From Octopus sinensis (Eukaryota): DNA of 64,000 nucleotides. Below are positions 49,881-64,000 of this stretch, piece by piece. Below the pieces are notes generated by a model. It had not been told where the DNA came from and made no database searches. It saw only the letters and a list, made by a program, of their open reading frames with translations. The stretch spans positions 64,976,001 to 65,040,000 of the forward strand of contig NC_043009.1 in the NCBI RefSeq assembly GCF_006345805.1, written 5' to 3'. The position numbers and the translations under genes were made by a program. Numbering within the stretch: the stretch's first letter is position 1; every line of letters starts with the position of its first letter.

Positions 49881-51535
49881 TAATAAATATATATATATAT
49901 ATATATATATACATTACAGTTATAATTTTAGAAATTCTGCTGTCCTCCTCGATTTCAGTAGAACATGTATTCATAGTATATTGTATGTGAGGATTGATGA
50001 TTCAAAGTCCATTTCTCAGGATATTGACATAGAAATTCTCTCTTTTGCTCTCACTTATAATTATTTATAATTTTCATCTTTAAAGGTAGTTTGATATGCT
50101 AGCCACTTGATGAAATTTTTGAAAAATTTTTATCCTATATATATATATGTTTATGTATACGCATGCCTATCTATATGCATGCATGTATGTACGTATGCAT
50201 ATCTATATGTGTTTGTGTCAGGTCACTTTCGAGTGCTACTGGTAACTTGTAACCCAGTACAACCTGTTTCCATGGTCGGGTCGTCGGCGACTAAACCGGC
50301 AACCCCACCAACCTTGCTTGGTGAGGAGGGTGTTTATTGGACACCCTGCGGGATGTAAAACAAAACCCGTCAAAGGGCGGAGGAACTCTTGGGAGTCAAC
50401 GGCCATCCAATAAATGTCTTAAGGATGTATCATGCGCGGGAACATAGAAATAATCGGACTGAATACCCGATCGCGCGGTTAAACCATTGGGAGTGAAGGA
50501 TTCCTAGCCTTTGTTAGGGCATCCTTCTAGGAGAAGGTAACTCATGTAACTGGGATAACTCCGACATAAAACCTGCGGCTCAGTGGTTACCGATGATGTT
50601 GACTTGTTCTTCTTTTCGGATTATGGCTGATGTTGCTTAGTGAGTGGGATTGACTCAGTGCACATCCTTTCCTCGCTTTAAAAATAATCTTCTTGCACAG
50701 GCATTGCACGATAACAACATTGATTAAGCTTCGTGCAAAGGCCATACTCGATAACGAGGGGGCAGCCACCATGTATTTATGTATGTATGTATGTATATCT
50801 GTTTGTATGTATATATATGTATATGTTTGTATGTATATATATATATATGCATGTATGTATTGTATGTATGTATGTATGTATGTATGTATGTATGTATGTA
50901 TGTATGCATGTATGTATGTATGTATGTATGTACGTACGTACGTATGTGTGTGTTGAATTAAAGTTAGGACTTGTGCGTGGACACTCGTTGGACTGAATTT
51001 TAAAAATCTCTGAAAACAAGAAGGAGTGGTCATCCCGGAACGACCTCTTCCTAAACAGCATCATCTAAATTGGTAGACTAATTAAATTCAAGAAATGAAT
51101 TTTAAAAATGCAGTTGATTACCTTCAGGTATGACTTCTAAGTTTTCCTCGTCAGAAACGAAGTTAGTTGTTGCTTCGTCCATCTTTGAGTTTTGCTTCGA
51201 AAAATCGAGAGGCGAGCTCTTTATATTGATATCGGCTTCAGAAAACCTTGACCTGCATCTAGTTTATCACAATGAGTGCCCAGCCGGTATCTTAATAGCT
51301 TTCTCTTAGGAACAGACACGTAAACTAGTGATATAGCTGTCTGTCAGTCTGTCTGCTTGCCTGTCTGTCTCTCTGTCAGTCTATGTATGTATGTATGTAT
51401 GTATGTATGTATGTATGTATGTATGTATGTATGTATGTATGTATGTATCTATCTATCTATCTATCTATCTATCTGTCTGTATGTATGTCTGTCTGTCTAT
51501 CTGTCTGTCTGTCTGTCTGTCTGCCTGCCTGCCTG

Positions 51536-51612
<77 letters not shown>

Positions 51613-52509
51613 TTATCTATCTATGTCTCTCTGTCTATCTACCTGTCTGTCTGTCTGTCTATCTATCTATTATCCATATTTACTTATTCATCCTACGGTA
51701 GACTCATTAAATGACCCCCACCCTAAATTCACAAAGACATTCCCTTCATCAACACCGGGCCCTTTCTCCCTAGTCCTCTCCCCTCACTCTTTCTTCTTCC
51801 TTTTCCTATTCTTATTCTTTTCCTTAACAAGTTCAGACATTTCCCCACTTCCATAGATTATCTCTTCGCAGACACGCTTTCCTTCTTCTTCTTCTTCTCT
51901 CACTCTGTGCTTTCCACGCATTTTCAGTCGAATCTCCTCCCAGTCAACATGGGATCTCTTGACGACAATGTTAACTTCATTTGATTAAGCTATCTTTGGC
52001 CCTACGATTAGCTAGCAGATTAACCCTCGTTTGGGCAATTACTTCTTCCGAGGTTCGGCTAGTTATGAAAAAAAGGGGTTGAAGAAAAGCATTACAAATC
52101 CCTACAGCTGTTTCTAACTCGCTTATCCCTAAATTTTACTGCTCTATCCGCTCAAGCTTAATTCTCTTGAGCACTGCTGAGTGTATTCTCTGCGGAGAAT
52201 ATCTGATTCTCCTCTACCAACTATAATACATATGAATATACGTATGCGTTTATGAGTGTGTGTTCATGTGTGTATATGTGTATGTTCTTGTATCGCTGTA
52301 TATGTTCAGTGTAATTTTTCCCTCCCCCGAAACTGGCGAGTAAAGTACCTTTACTATGGCCCTGTTTAAGATGATAACGAGTTGCTGATGAGGAATAAAT
52401 TAACAAGAGATCTTATTCATTAGAAATTAATTAACGTTCCATTAGCACATATTATCAAATATTTCTGTGCCTGAGAATTAATAGTCACGGTGTGAGAGGG
52501 AGAGCGCGA

Positions 52510-52835
52510 GTGTGTGTGGGAGAGAAAGAGAGAGGGAGAGAGAGAGGAGGAGGAGAGAGGGAAAGAAACAGAGAGGGAGTGAGAGGGAAGAAGAGAGACA
52601 GAAACAGAGAGAGAGAGAGAGAGAGAGGAGAGGAGAGAGGGAAAGAAACAGAGAGGGAGTGAGAGGGAAGAAGAGAGACAGAGAGAGAGAGGAGAGGAGA
52701 GAGGGAAAGAAACAGAGAGGGAGTGAAAGGGAAGAAGAGAGACAGAAACAGAGAGAGAGAGAGGAGAGGTGAGAGGGAGAGAGATGAGAGAGGAGCGAGA
52801 AAGAAATATATAGAGTGAGAGAGGAGAGGGGAAAG

Positions 52836-52870
<35 letters not shown>
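52510..52870. repeat. Polypurine tandem repeat (~65-75 bp unit)
   Basis: AGAGGGAAAGAAACAGAGAGGGAGTGAGAGGGAAGAAGAGAGACAG x3 plus (GA)n. Confidence 0.85.
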
Positions 52871-52871
<1 letters not shown>

Positions 52872-54039
52872 CGAATGGAGAGAGATAGAGCGATGTCCGG
52901 CTTTCGGGAACAATTTATCTTTTTCATAAGTTACAGTTTATAAGAAGTTTCTTTTTTTCTATTTAACAGGCTCTTAAATAGTTACCATTGTTTTGAATAC
53001 ACATTGCAACACGTTTACCTGAACTCATTGTGAACTCGTAACAAGCACATCTGGTGATAACACATCTGGTGATAACACATCTGGTGATAACACATCTGGT
53101 GATAGATGTGCAAAGGAGCTGGTGATGCGTTCCTTCAAACGATTTCTATCTTTTATCTTTCCGCGATACACCTTTCAAATAATGACCCCAAAGATAGAAA
53201 TCAAGAGAGGTCAGATCATGGGATCTAGGGGATTTTATAAACTGTCTCTTATGAAAAAAAATTTTTCTTATGTATGGGAGACTTTTGAATCCTTCTGTAG
53301 AAACACTTCTGTACTGTATATTTATATTATTATATATTATATTATATTATTATATATTATATTATATTATTATATATTTTTTATTGTAGTTTTTAGCCCC
53401 AGGAGGACACACTCCTCCAGCTGGCCATAGACACACTTTCTGTGTCCTGTCAGTATTTGCAAATGGCAAATATACGTCACGATGTGTTAACGCTACTGTA
53501 TATAACTCACTTTGATATTTATCATTATTTTTTATCATTATATTTATTATATTTATAATTTGCATATATTGATTTTATTATAAATGCATAACAACACCGA
53601 AGAGGAATCGACGTAAGCTTAAAAAATAAACCACGATATGGCGAAGGATATACTATAATATAATATAATATAATATAATATAATAATAATCTCCCAGTTA
53701 ATGATGTAAGGGAGATAATGAGAAGCATATAGTTTTGAAGAGTTATGTCCCTGTCACTATAAATCTGACAGCCTCTCACTGAAGAAAATTCGTTCATTGT
53801 GTTGGGATAAACTCATTCCGAACAAGATTTCTTCCTTGGCGTTTTGGATGGCAGAGCACAGTAAAAAGGTGGAATTTGATGGGTTAATTCTAATTTCCTG
53901 TTGTTAGCGGGTGACTATGGCCTGCAATTGCTGACGAGATGTACATACACATATATACAGTCGCACGCACACACACACACACAGAGTTACACACGTACAT
54001 ATATGTATGCATACATACATACATGTATAATTTGTGAAG

Positions 54040-54370
54040 GGTAAAGACCCCTTTCGGTCACGAATGACCCTGGGCTTGCACCTAGAAAGTTACCTTCCGA
54101 AGTACAAGGTTGAGCAAGTTTATTTATAGAAGACCAGCAGTCACCCATGCATACCAACCTCCCCTCTTCACACCACCGATGTTATCCAAGGGAAAGGCAA
54201 AGGGGCCGATACGGCTTCGCACCAGTGACACCGCAACTCATTTCTACAGCTGAGTGAACTAGAGCAATGTGAAATAAAGTGTCTTGCTCAAGAACACACA
54301 ACACGCAGTCCGGTCCGGGATTCGAACTCACTACATCATGATTATGAATCTGATGCTCTAACCACTGAAG
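54040..54370 (-). mobile_element. tRNA-derived SINE (fourth family)
   Basis: Minus strand CAGTGGTTAGAGC ... GAGTTCGAATCCC; CORE-like segment. Confidence 0.55.
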
Positions 54371-54479
54371 AGGGAGTGCATCAGTGTATAAGCCACTCCA
54401 ACAGCATGGCTCATTGGTTAGAGCATCGGACTCACAATCATGATGGGAAACAAGTCGGGACTTGGAAACCAGTTATCCT

Positions 54480-55592
54480 AGAAATTTATTGCAACTTCCT
54501 GCAAATTTCCGAGGAGTGGGAGATACATCCCGAAAAGTTCCGTGGAAGAAGTACTCCCTGGAAAATTCCTAGGAGGGGAGGTATTCCCGGAAAATTATGG
54601 AAAATTCATGGAAAATTCCGAGGAATGGAGCTGATTTCTGGAAAATTGTTGAAACTTCCTGGAAAGTTCCGAAGAGGGGGAGGTACTTCCTGGAGATTTC
54701 CGAGGAGAGGGAAATACATCCAGGAAAGTTCCGTGGGAGAGGTACTTGCTGGAAATTTCTGAGGAGGTGGAGGTACTTCCTGGAAATTTCTGAGGAAGTG
54801 GAGGTAATTCCTGGAAAATTGTGACATCTTCCTGGAAATTTCCGAGGGATGTACGTCCTGGAAAATTCCGAGAGAAGGTATTCCTGGAAAATTCCGTGTG
54901 GTATCATTTCGCAGAATATTACGACAAATTCATGCAAAGTTCCGAGGAAGGAGAGGTACTTCCTGGAAAATTATGGCATCTTACTGGAAAGTTCCGACGA
55001 AGGGGAAATACATCCTGGAAAGTTCCACGGAGAAGGCACTTCGTGGAAAATTCCAAGGAGTGGAGGCATTCTCGGAAAATTATGGCAAATTCTTGGAAAT
55101 TCCGGGGAGGGGAGGTGTTTCCTTGAAAATTATTGTAACTTCCTTGAAAGTTCCGAAGAGGGGGTATTTCCTGGAAAATTGTGAATCTTCCTGGAAAGTT
55201 CCGAAGAGGGGAAGATACATCCTGGAAAGTTCTGTGGAGGAGGTACTTCCTGGTACATTCCGAGGAGGGGTGGTATTCCCGGAAAATTATTGCAAATTCA
55301 TGGAATGTACCGAGGAGGGGTTACTTCTTGGAAGATTCCGAGGGGAGGAATTACTGGAAAATTCCGAGCGTCGGCACCTGGAAAATTGTGGCAAATTCAT
55401 GGAAAGTTCTGAGGAGTGCGAGGTACTTTCTAGAAAATTATTGGAACTTCCTGGAAAGTTCCGATTAGGGGAGATGCCTCTTGGTTCCTCCCGAAAAATT
55501 ATGGCGTCTTGCTGGAAAATTATTTCCTCGGAATTTTCCAGGAAGTACCTCCTCCACGGAACTTTCCAGGATGTATTTTCCCCTCCTCAGAA
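54480..55592. repeat. Degenerate minisatellite built on TTCCTGGAAA(A/G)TTCC(GAGGAGG); last ~70 bp inverted
   Basis: Dozens of CCTGGAAAATT/GGAAAGTTCC units; 55523-55592 is reverse complement of the unit. Confidence 0.85.
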
Positions 55593-56247
55593 CTTACGTT
55601 CTAAATTATAAAGAAACAGTAGAGGCGAACCTAAGACGTATACTGGGGCAACTGAATTGATTGACATTAAAAATCGATTTTATAAACGCAAACATTGATC
55701 GGTCATCTCAAGTGGAAAATGTCCAACGGTTTCATCGGTTCTTGCGTAAGACAAGTTTTCACAAATTCAAAAGTTACCCGGTGCATTGTAGATAAGGTAC
55801 AACAATACAGAAATAGTAGCTTCAAATAAAACAATGCAGTGTGCCCTTTGTGTGAGTGAAAAATGAAGAAGGCACAAATGGTGTGAACAAAAGAACAGAA
55901 CTGTTAGCGCATTGTAAGCATGCATCTAAGTACCTGAGGTGTAATTATCAGCCTCTTCGAATTTCGTTCTTGTTTGAGGATAAAATCGTTGATTTTGAGG
56001 TGTTTTCAAAAAAGAAAACAAAATGAGTTGCGTGCATACATTGTTCTAATCGACTGAGAAGATTGAACAAAATGCACTTTCACACAAATATACGCGCATT
56101 GCATTGGTGTATGTGTGTGTGTATACATCTCTCCTTCCCCCTCTCTCTATAGATACATACATATATATGCCATATCTATCTATCTATCTATCTATCTATT
56201 TAAGTCTCTCTCACTCGCTCTCTCTTTACATATATATATATATATGA

Positions 56248-56283
<36 letters not shown>

Positions 56284-56304
56284 ATATATATATATATATA
56301 TATA

Positions 56305-56349
<45 letters not shown>

Positions 56350-56942
56350 CAGATTATATTCGTTTATTTGCTTCAGTCACTTGATTGCAGCCATTCTGGA
56401 GCACTGTCTTTAGTCAAGCAAATCGACCCCAGGACTTATTCTTCGTAAGCCTAGTAACTATTCTATTGGTCTCTCTTGCCGAACCGCTAAGTTACGGGGA
56501 CGTAAACACACCAGCATCGTTTGTCAAGCGATGTTGGGGGGGGGACACAGATGCACACACACACACACACACACACACATGTATGTACGACGGACTTCTT
56601 TCAGTTTCCGTATACCAAATCCGCACACAAGGCTATAGTCGGCCCGAGGCTATAGTAGAAGACACTTGTCCAAGTTGCTACGCAGTGGGACTGAACCCGA
56701 AACCATGTGGTTGGTAAGCAAGCTACTTACGACACAGTCACTCCTGCGCTTATCATATAAGTAATAATTTTATATTCGGTTATACATTTTATAGTATACT
56801 GTTTAAAGCCTGTTCACAGTATTCGGCTACCTGATGGCATCAACATTATGGAAGTATATGCCACTAGGTTTACTTCAGGAACGTCTTTGCGTCCGTACGA
56901 TTCATAAAAATATGCTACACTCACACACAAATACATACATAC

Positions 56943-56973
<31 letters not shown>

Positions 56974-56995
56974 CATACATACATACATAAATACA

Positions 56996-57063
<68 letters not shown>

Positions 57064-57196
57064 ATATGTATATATTATATATTATATATATATATATGGT
57101 TAGTCTAAACATGAACAAAGAGAAAATGCAACAACGCAAGGACGTGGAACAAGTATAGCGTTATTGGACGGTCAGGAAAAGAAAGAAAGAGGAGGA

Positions 57197-57230
57197 TTTA
57201 ACGTTTCGAGTGGAGCTCTTCGTCAGAAAC
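57197..57230 (-). ncRNA. Minimal hammerhead motif in a Penelope pLTR remnant
   Basis: Minus strand TTT-CTGACGA-A-GAG-CTCCA-CTC-GAA-ACGTT-AAA. Confidence 0.55.
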
Positions 57231-57334
57231 ACAGGAAAATGAAAGATCCAAGAAGGGAAGACGGAGAAAGAAATTCGACAACGATACATACACGGCACAC
57301 GGTCACATATTGAATATATATATATACACATATA

Positions 57335-57365
<31 letters not shown>

Positions 57366-57385
57366 CTATACATATATATATAATA

Positions 57386-57441
<56 letters not shown>

Positions 57442-57568
57442 TATATATATATGTATATATATATGTATATATTTATATTATATATATGTACAGATCTATA
57501 TATGTATACATATATACATGTATATGGATGGATGTATATATATATATATATGTATGTGTATATATATA

Positions 57569-57627
<59 letters not shown>

Positions 57628-58050
57628 TATATATATATATATATGCGTAGATATATCCTAAGAATTCTACGCATACATATAAACGCGCATACACATCTTT
57701 GGCAATTCTCAACACTAATAGCTGCCCATCACCGTGCTCTTCTCCCTCACTCTCATTCGGCATCTTCATTCTAACAGAACACTGTAGATCGGACAATTAT
57801 GGCAAGACGGTTGAAAATACGTCTTCAATTGATGCCGTTCTAAATTCTATATATTCTTTGGTAAATTTGGTAACGCGCCTTCCTGACATAGCAGCGGGTC
57901 AGTGTTTGACCTCACCATTCCACTTCAGCCAAACAGAGAAAGAGAAGCCTGCTTTTCGTGAATGAGACATCAGACAATGCGTTTAGTGTGTGTGGTGGTG
58001 GTGGGTCGACGCTCGCATGCGCGTGTTTCTGTCTATCTATCTATCTATCT

Positions 58051-58136
<86 letters not shown>

Positions 58137-58345
58137 GATCTATTTATCTTTCTGTGTGTGCGTGTGCGTGTATTTCTGCATATATATATATTTATACATA
58201 TGCGTATACATATGTATATATATATATATATATATATACATACATATATATATATACATGTATGTATATATATATACATATGTATACGTATATATATGTA
58301 TGCTTTGTGCATGTATACATATATGTATATATATGCATATATATA

Positions 58346-58396
<51 letters not shown>

Positions 58397-58958
58397 ATGC
58401 TATCCGTAGATATATGTACATATATATATATATATATAATATATATATATATTATTATATATATATATATAGACACACATAAATACACGCATACATACAC
58501 ACCCTCATACACGCACGCATACACACATACATACACGCACACATACAGGGCAGCGAAGCATCTGCGTGAAAGACAGTATTAAGTAAAATATATACATGTA
58601 TGTATGCGTGATTGTAAGAATGTATAATTTTATTTATGTGTGTATGTACGCATGCATGTGCATATGTATGAATGTATCTATGTATATATACCTATGCTTA
58701 AATATACCAATATGTATATTGCTGTAATCACATCTACGCTTCGCACCTGAAATCTTTTGTTCTGATGTAACCAGGTGTATACCTACCTGTCTGCTTATAC
58801 AAATCTCAAACATAAAAACATGCGCGTGCACGCACGTATGGACACAATGCAAATCAGTGTGTGTGTGTGTGTAAGAAGGATTATACATATATTGTATTTT
58901 GCATCCAAATCTACATCAATATATGTATATGTATGTATAGATATATGTATATGCATAT

Positions 58959-59025
<67 letters not shown>

Positions 59026-59034
59026 CATATATAC

Positions 59035-59081
<47 letters not shown>

Positions 59082-59170
59082 AACATACATACATACATAC
59101 ATAGATACATACACGTACATATATCTATGTATACAAGCGCGTGTATATATGTGTGTATATGTGTGTGTGC

Positions 59171-59208
<38 letters not shown>

Positions 59209-59795
59209 TATATATATATGCATGCGTGTATGTATGAATGTAGGTATGTGTAATATTTGGAGAATGTAAAGAAAAGGACCTCTGAAGAACATCAAATAAC
59301 GGTAGGACCTTTAGTGTTGAGCTTTGCAGAAAGGGTCAAATGGACAGAATACTGATGTAGAAAAATCATCTGAGGGTGAACGCTATGAATGGAACCAAAG
59401 ACTAACAAGAATGGCCTTGCTGCTCTCCTAGTGCCACTTTTCAATATCTTTGATTCATACAACCATTTCCTTCCACTATACACCTCTTCATCTCCAACGC
59501 TTTCTTAACCATCGAAACACACGCGCACGTATATATATATATGTATGCGTTTCTTATATATGTGTCTGTGTATACTCAATGACGGACATCGCTACCATTG
59601 ATGTTATCTTCTTCCCCCCCTCTTCATTTTTTCGTAATTTTCCTTTCTCTTTCCTCCTCATCTTTCCTTTATTTGCTCTCCATTCTCTCTGTTCTCTCCA
59701 TTTCTTCTTTTCTTATCCTTTTCTCTTTTTGCACTTTTTCTATTTTTCATCCACCATTTCCTTTTTATATTATTATCATAACCTATACCTTTTAT

Positions 59796-59863
<68 letters not shown>

Positions 59864-60264
59864 ACACACACACACGCACACACTACTTTCTTTTCTAGAC
59901 ATTTCTCTTTCAATATTTCTCCCCGTAACTCCCTTTCGTACATTTTATCTTTTCCTTCTTCTTGTCGTCTGCCAAATAATGGCGCATTTAAAAATCTAAC
60001 GTTTCCTCGAGTTGCATCGTATATTTCCGCCAGAAAAGTTTATTATAACGAGAAACGTTTGATAAATTGAGAGAATTTCAATAATCAGTTGTAATGATCG
60101 GAGATATGTGTACCTTTGTACAAATAATATATCGATCGCTTCCTACAGCGTTTTTGCCTTTTTGTCGTTGGAACACCTGAATATCTTTTAACCATCTTTT
60201 AAACTCTTGATCTTCGGCTTTCCGGTCCTCAACCATTCCAGAGTAGAAGTATAGATTGCAGTGA

Positions 60265-60560
60265 AGACGCGTGGCTTAGTGGTTAGGGGATTCGGCTCAC
60301 AGTTATAAGGTCGCGAGTTCGATCCAGCGGTGTGTTGTGTCCTTCAGCAAGACACTTTATTTCACGTTGCTCTGGCAAAAATGGCAAAAATGGCAAAAAT
60401 GGGCCAGCCATGTCACATTCTGTGTCACGCTGAATCTCCCCGAGAACTACGTTAAAGGTACGCGTGTCTGTGGAGTGCTCGGCCAATTCCACGTTAATTT
60501 CACGAGCAAGCTGTGCCGTTTATCAATTGGAACCGGGTCGTTGTAACCGACGATGTGCCA
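60265..60560 (+). mobile_element. tRNA-derived SINE (third family)
   Basis: GTGGCTTAGTGGTTAG ... GAGTTCGATCC boxes followed by a CORE-like segment. Confidence 0.6.
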
Positions 60561-60576
60561 ATTACACACACACACA

Positions 60577-60615
<39 letters not shown>

Positions 60616-61759
60616 GCACACACATGTTGTTGTTATTTCCACTCCAGGATTTCATTAACCCACGAGCATGGTAATTCTGATGCTTGTCCCCTCGAAATAT
60701 GTTTACTAATATCACGTGAGGAGCTCGTTCACTTCTGATAAGCTCTGTTTCTTCTTTTAAGCCTACAGGCTACCCTTACACGGACTTCACTGCGGCCAGA
60801 AGAAGGAGGCCGGTTTATGCACTGACCATTCGACCTTTAGTAGACAGTACCCGATTAGAAGGCTATTAGACATGTATAAGAGCATGTGTGTATGTGCATG
60901 TGTTCATCTATACACATATGCTCACATATGTATGTGTGTGTGTGTGAGGTAATGTTTTCTTCCAAGTCGCATGGTTTCGGGTTCACATTTGGGAAGTGTC
61001 TTCTACTGTAGCTTCGAGCTGACCAAAGCTTTGTGAGTAGATTTGATAGATGAAGACTGGAAGCCCGTCGTATACACACACGCACACACACAAACACATG
61101 CACACACACAGATACACACATACACACACACACGCACACGTATATCTGTGTGTCCTACCACTGCGCTTGACAACCGGTGTTAGTTTGTTTATATCCCGGT
61201 TTCTTAGCGGTCCGGAGAAAGTAGAAAACTTAAAAAAAAGAACAAAGAAACAAGTGGTGGGGTCGATTTTTTCGACTAAACACTTCAAGGCAGTGCTCCA
61301 GAATGGCCGCAGTCAAAAATAAAAGACAGAATATATACCATGCCATCGAATTTGGTGTTGCGTTGCTCTGCTTTACCAAGACGCAATCTGAAGTGCTGAA
61401 ACCAAGCATCCCGATGCGGTTCAGTAGTTTGTCCTCCAATGTGGCCCATCGGTTATACTCTTATCTCTAAGTTGTTGCCGACACAAAACAACAGACTTGA
61501 TTTCGATCTAAGTGCTACCGAGTTCTTCAGTTCTGATAGGAGTTGTGCTTCTCGAACTTCATTGCACACATTACCAAGTGCGACTTCAGAGGAATTGGGG
61601 TTCTTTTCAGTATCCCTAACCAACCCCAAGTAGCGTTTCATATGTTTCCCTGCTCTTGTCCCCGTCTCAATGGAAGCAGAGTTTAAACTTTTATTCTCTT
61701 CGTTGTAAACCATTTCCGTGCTGTATTTCTGTTAGTCGCGATTTGAATGTCATATATAT

Positions 61760-62752
61760 ATTTCTTTACTACCCACAAGGGGCTAAACACAGAGGGGACA
61801 AACAAGGACAGACAAAGGGATTAAGTCGATTACATCGACCCCAGTGCGTAACTGGTACTTAATTTATCGACCCCGAAAGGATGAAAGGCAAAGTCGACCT
61901 CGGCGGAATTTGAACTCAGAACGTAACGGCAGACGAAATACGGCTACGCATTTCGCCTGGCATGCTAACGTTTCTGCCTGCTCGCCGCCTTTGAGTATCA
62001 TATATAGCACTGCATTACATCACTGCTATGTACCAATGCTGTGCACTATTGCAACTGTTGCCCTCAAATCTATCACAAAGGCCTCACCGTCAAATAGAAA
62101 TGACCAAAATGTACTTCTCTGATCTTGACTATGCTGATGGGGATCTTGCTCTGGCAGCTCATCAGGTGTTTGGTGCATAAGGCTTGTTAACATCACTTAA
62201 GAGTGCTGCAGTAAAAGCTGGAAGATTGAGTACATAACAATCAATAAGAACGAAAGATCTCTACCAACGAGGACACAAAACTAATGGAGGTCAGTGACTT
62301 CAGGACTGGAATCCTATATTCTTTTCTACTCTAGGCACAAGGCCTGAAATTTTGGGGGAAAGGGGCCAGTCGATTAGATCGACCCCTGTACAAAATTGGT
62401 ACGTAATTTATCGACCACAAAAGGATGAAAGGCAAAGTCGACCTCGGCGGAATTTGAACTCCGAACGTAACGGCAGACGAAATACGGCTACGCATTTCGC
62501 CCGGCGTGCTAATGTTTTCATATTTTTTATTGCCCGCATGGGGCTAAACATAGAAGGGACAAACAAGGACAGACAACGGGATAAAGTCGACTACATCGAC
62601 TCCCGGGCGTAACTGGTACTTAATTTATCAACCCCGAAAGGATGAAAGGCAAAGTTGACCCCGGCGGAATTTGAACTCAGAACGTAACGGCAGACGAAAC
62701 ACCGCTCAGTATTTCGCCCGGCGTGCTAACGTTTCTGCCAGCTCGCCGCCTT
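61760..62752 (-). mobile_element. Cluster of three family-1 SINEs interleaved with LINE RT remnants
   Basis: Three copies of ...GGAATTTGAACTC.GAACGTAACGGCAGACGAAA...; DLDYAD motif at ~62121 (+). Confidence 0.8.
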
Positions 62753-63417
62753 ACTGGGATCCTTTATTGCTAACAGTATGAAAGACTTTATGATACGCAA
62801 CTGACAAGCCTTGTGTGTGTTTAGCAAGTTTCACAACATCTTTTAATCGAGTAGATCAAACTCAACAAGACTGGTTTTGTGTGTGGAGAGTTTTCTTTTG
62901 GTACAGCAGAAACCTGGATAGGGAAGAAGGTTCTTCGTGATCAGGATTCTCAAGAAGAGGTGGATTACAACTTAGAGCGTGGGTAAAAGACCTCCATCCC
63001 TGCCAAAAAGGGATTTATGGACGCAGTTTAACCCATTCTTGCATTTTTGCTCAACGCAATAAAGGCTATTGTTGGCCACTATAATCGGGATCAATACCTG
63101 GCCGTATCAGCTATTTTATTCTAAAGACTTTGGGACCCTAATAGACGATGAGGAGCCCCTAGCTCTATTGGCTTTAAGAATGCATTCTGATGTGTCGTGT
63201 ATGTGTGTTTCTGAAAAACTGAAAGAGAGACGAGAGCACCCCTACATAGGTATGTACACTGGAATACGCTAAAACACGAAAAATTTTTTTTTTCCCATTT
63301 CCCACCGACATAACGAATGTCAACGACAAAAAGATTTGGAAAGGCGTCCTCTTCCCTTCTACTTCCTCGTCCTCCTCAACTACTACAAGAAGAAACAGAA
63401 GAAAAAGTACAATAACA

Positions 63418-63453
<36 letters not shown>

Positions 63454-63458
63454 GCCGC

Positions 63459-63492
<34 letters not shown>

Positions 63493-63498
63493 GCTGCA

Positions 63499-63565
<67 letters not shown>

Positions 63566-64000
63566 TAAAAGCGGAACGAAGTATAAGCCATCGTTTTTGT
63601 CATTAATCGATTACGTAGAGACCAACCCGTCGAAAGAACAGCCAAATAGCTTTCAAATCACACACAAAACTGTCTTTAGAAAAAAAGGAAGGACACATAG
63701 TTGATAAAGTACATCTAAATACCGTATCTGAAGATTGATTATCTATGGTCACGGTTGGAGAGCCTTTGAGCATAGGTGGTCTGCCGGATCAGGTGTGATT
63801 CTGGGAAAAAAGAAAAGAAAAAAACCCCAGAAAACAGCAAAAACATCATCGTCATCATCATCATCAACATCAACAAAGCAACTATTGCAGCTATCATTGT
63901 AATAAACCGCCTCTACCCCGACCTAAACCCATCACCACCATGGGTACGACCACGCCCATCACCACAATTGCCCAACCCTCCCTCACCACTGCCATCCCCT

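Noticed and set aside
54480-55592. CRISPR-like repeat array
   Set aside because: Eukaryotic context, degenerate units without unique spacers, and no cas genes.
54376-55611. Overlapping 75-237 aa ORFs in several frames
   Set aside because: By-product of the stop-poor minisatellite; open in multiple frames and both strands, with no recognisable domain.
62900-63272. Unique-looking sequence with a possible minus-strand acceptor near 63211 and a 67-aa plus-strand ORF
   Set aside because: No recognisable protein motif or donor/acceptor pair; it cannot be supported as an exon without transcript data.

Overview
Eukaryotic, AT-rich, microsatellite- and TE-dense DNA. The SINE families and (TATG)n/(TA)n load suggest an octopus genome (inference). 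The main structure is a ~42-kb tail-to-tail inverted duplication: left arm ~3226-18451, ~1-kb spacer, right arm ~19486-45645. Each arm carries an intact 8-exon SLC22 (organic cation/anion/carnitine transporter, MFS) gene, with identical exon sizes (374/104/155/169/294/215/109/208 nt) and GT-AG introns. Much intronic DNA is near-identical between the arms, yet I count ~53 amino-acid differences in ~542 codons by manual alignment. These cluster in pocket-lining helices and include Arg->Ser at the TM11 position that sets charge selectivity in OAT/OCT proteins. The introns also hold several Penelope-type minimal hammerhead ribozyme motifs, one inside a retrozyme-like ~535-nt tandem unit, plus Helitrons, mariners, LINE fragments, MITEs and SINEs. 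The region 46-64 kb is mostly repeats, including a 1.1-kb array dense in STAT/kB-like motifs. All alignments and residue equivalences were done by eye and need computational confirmation.
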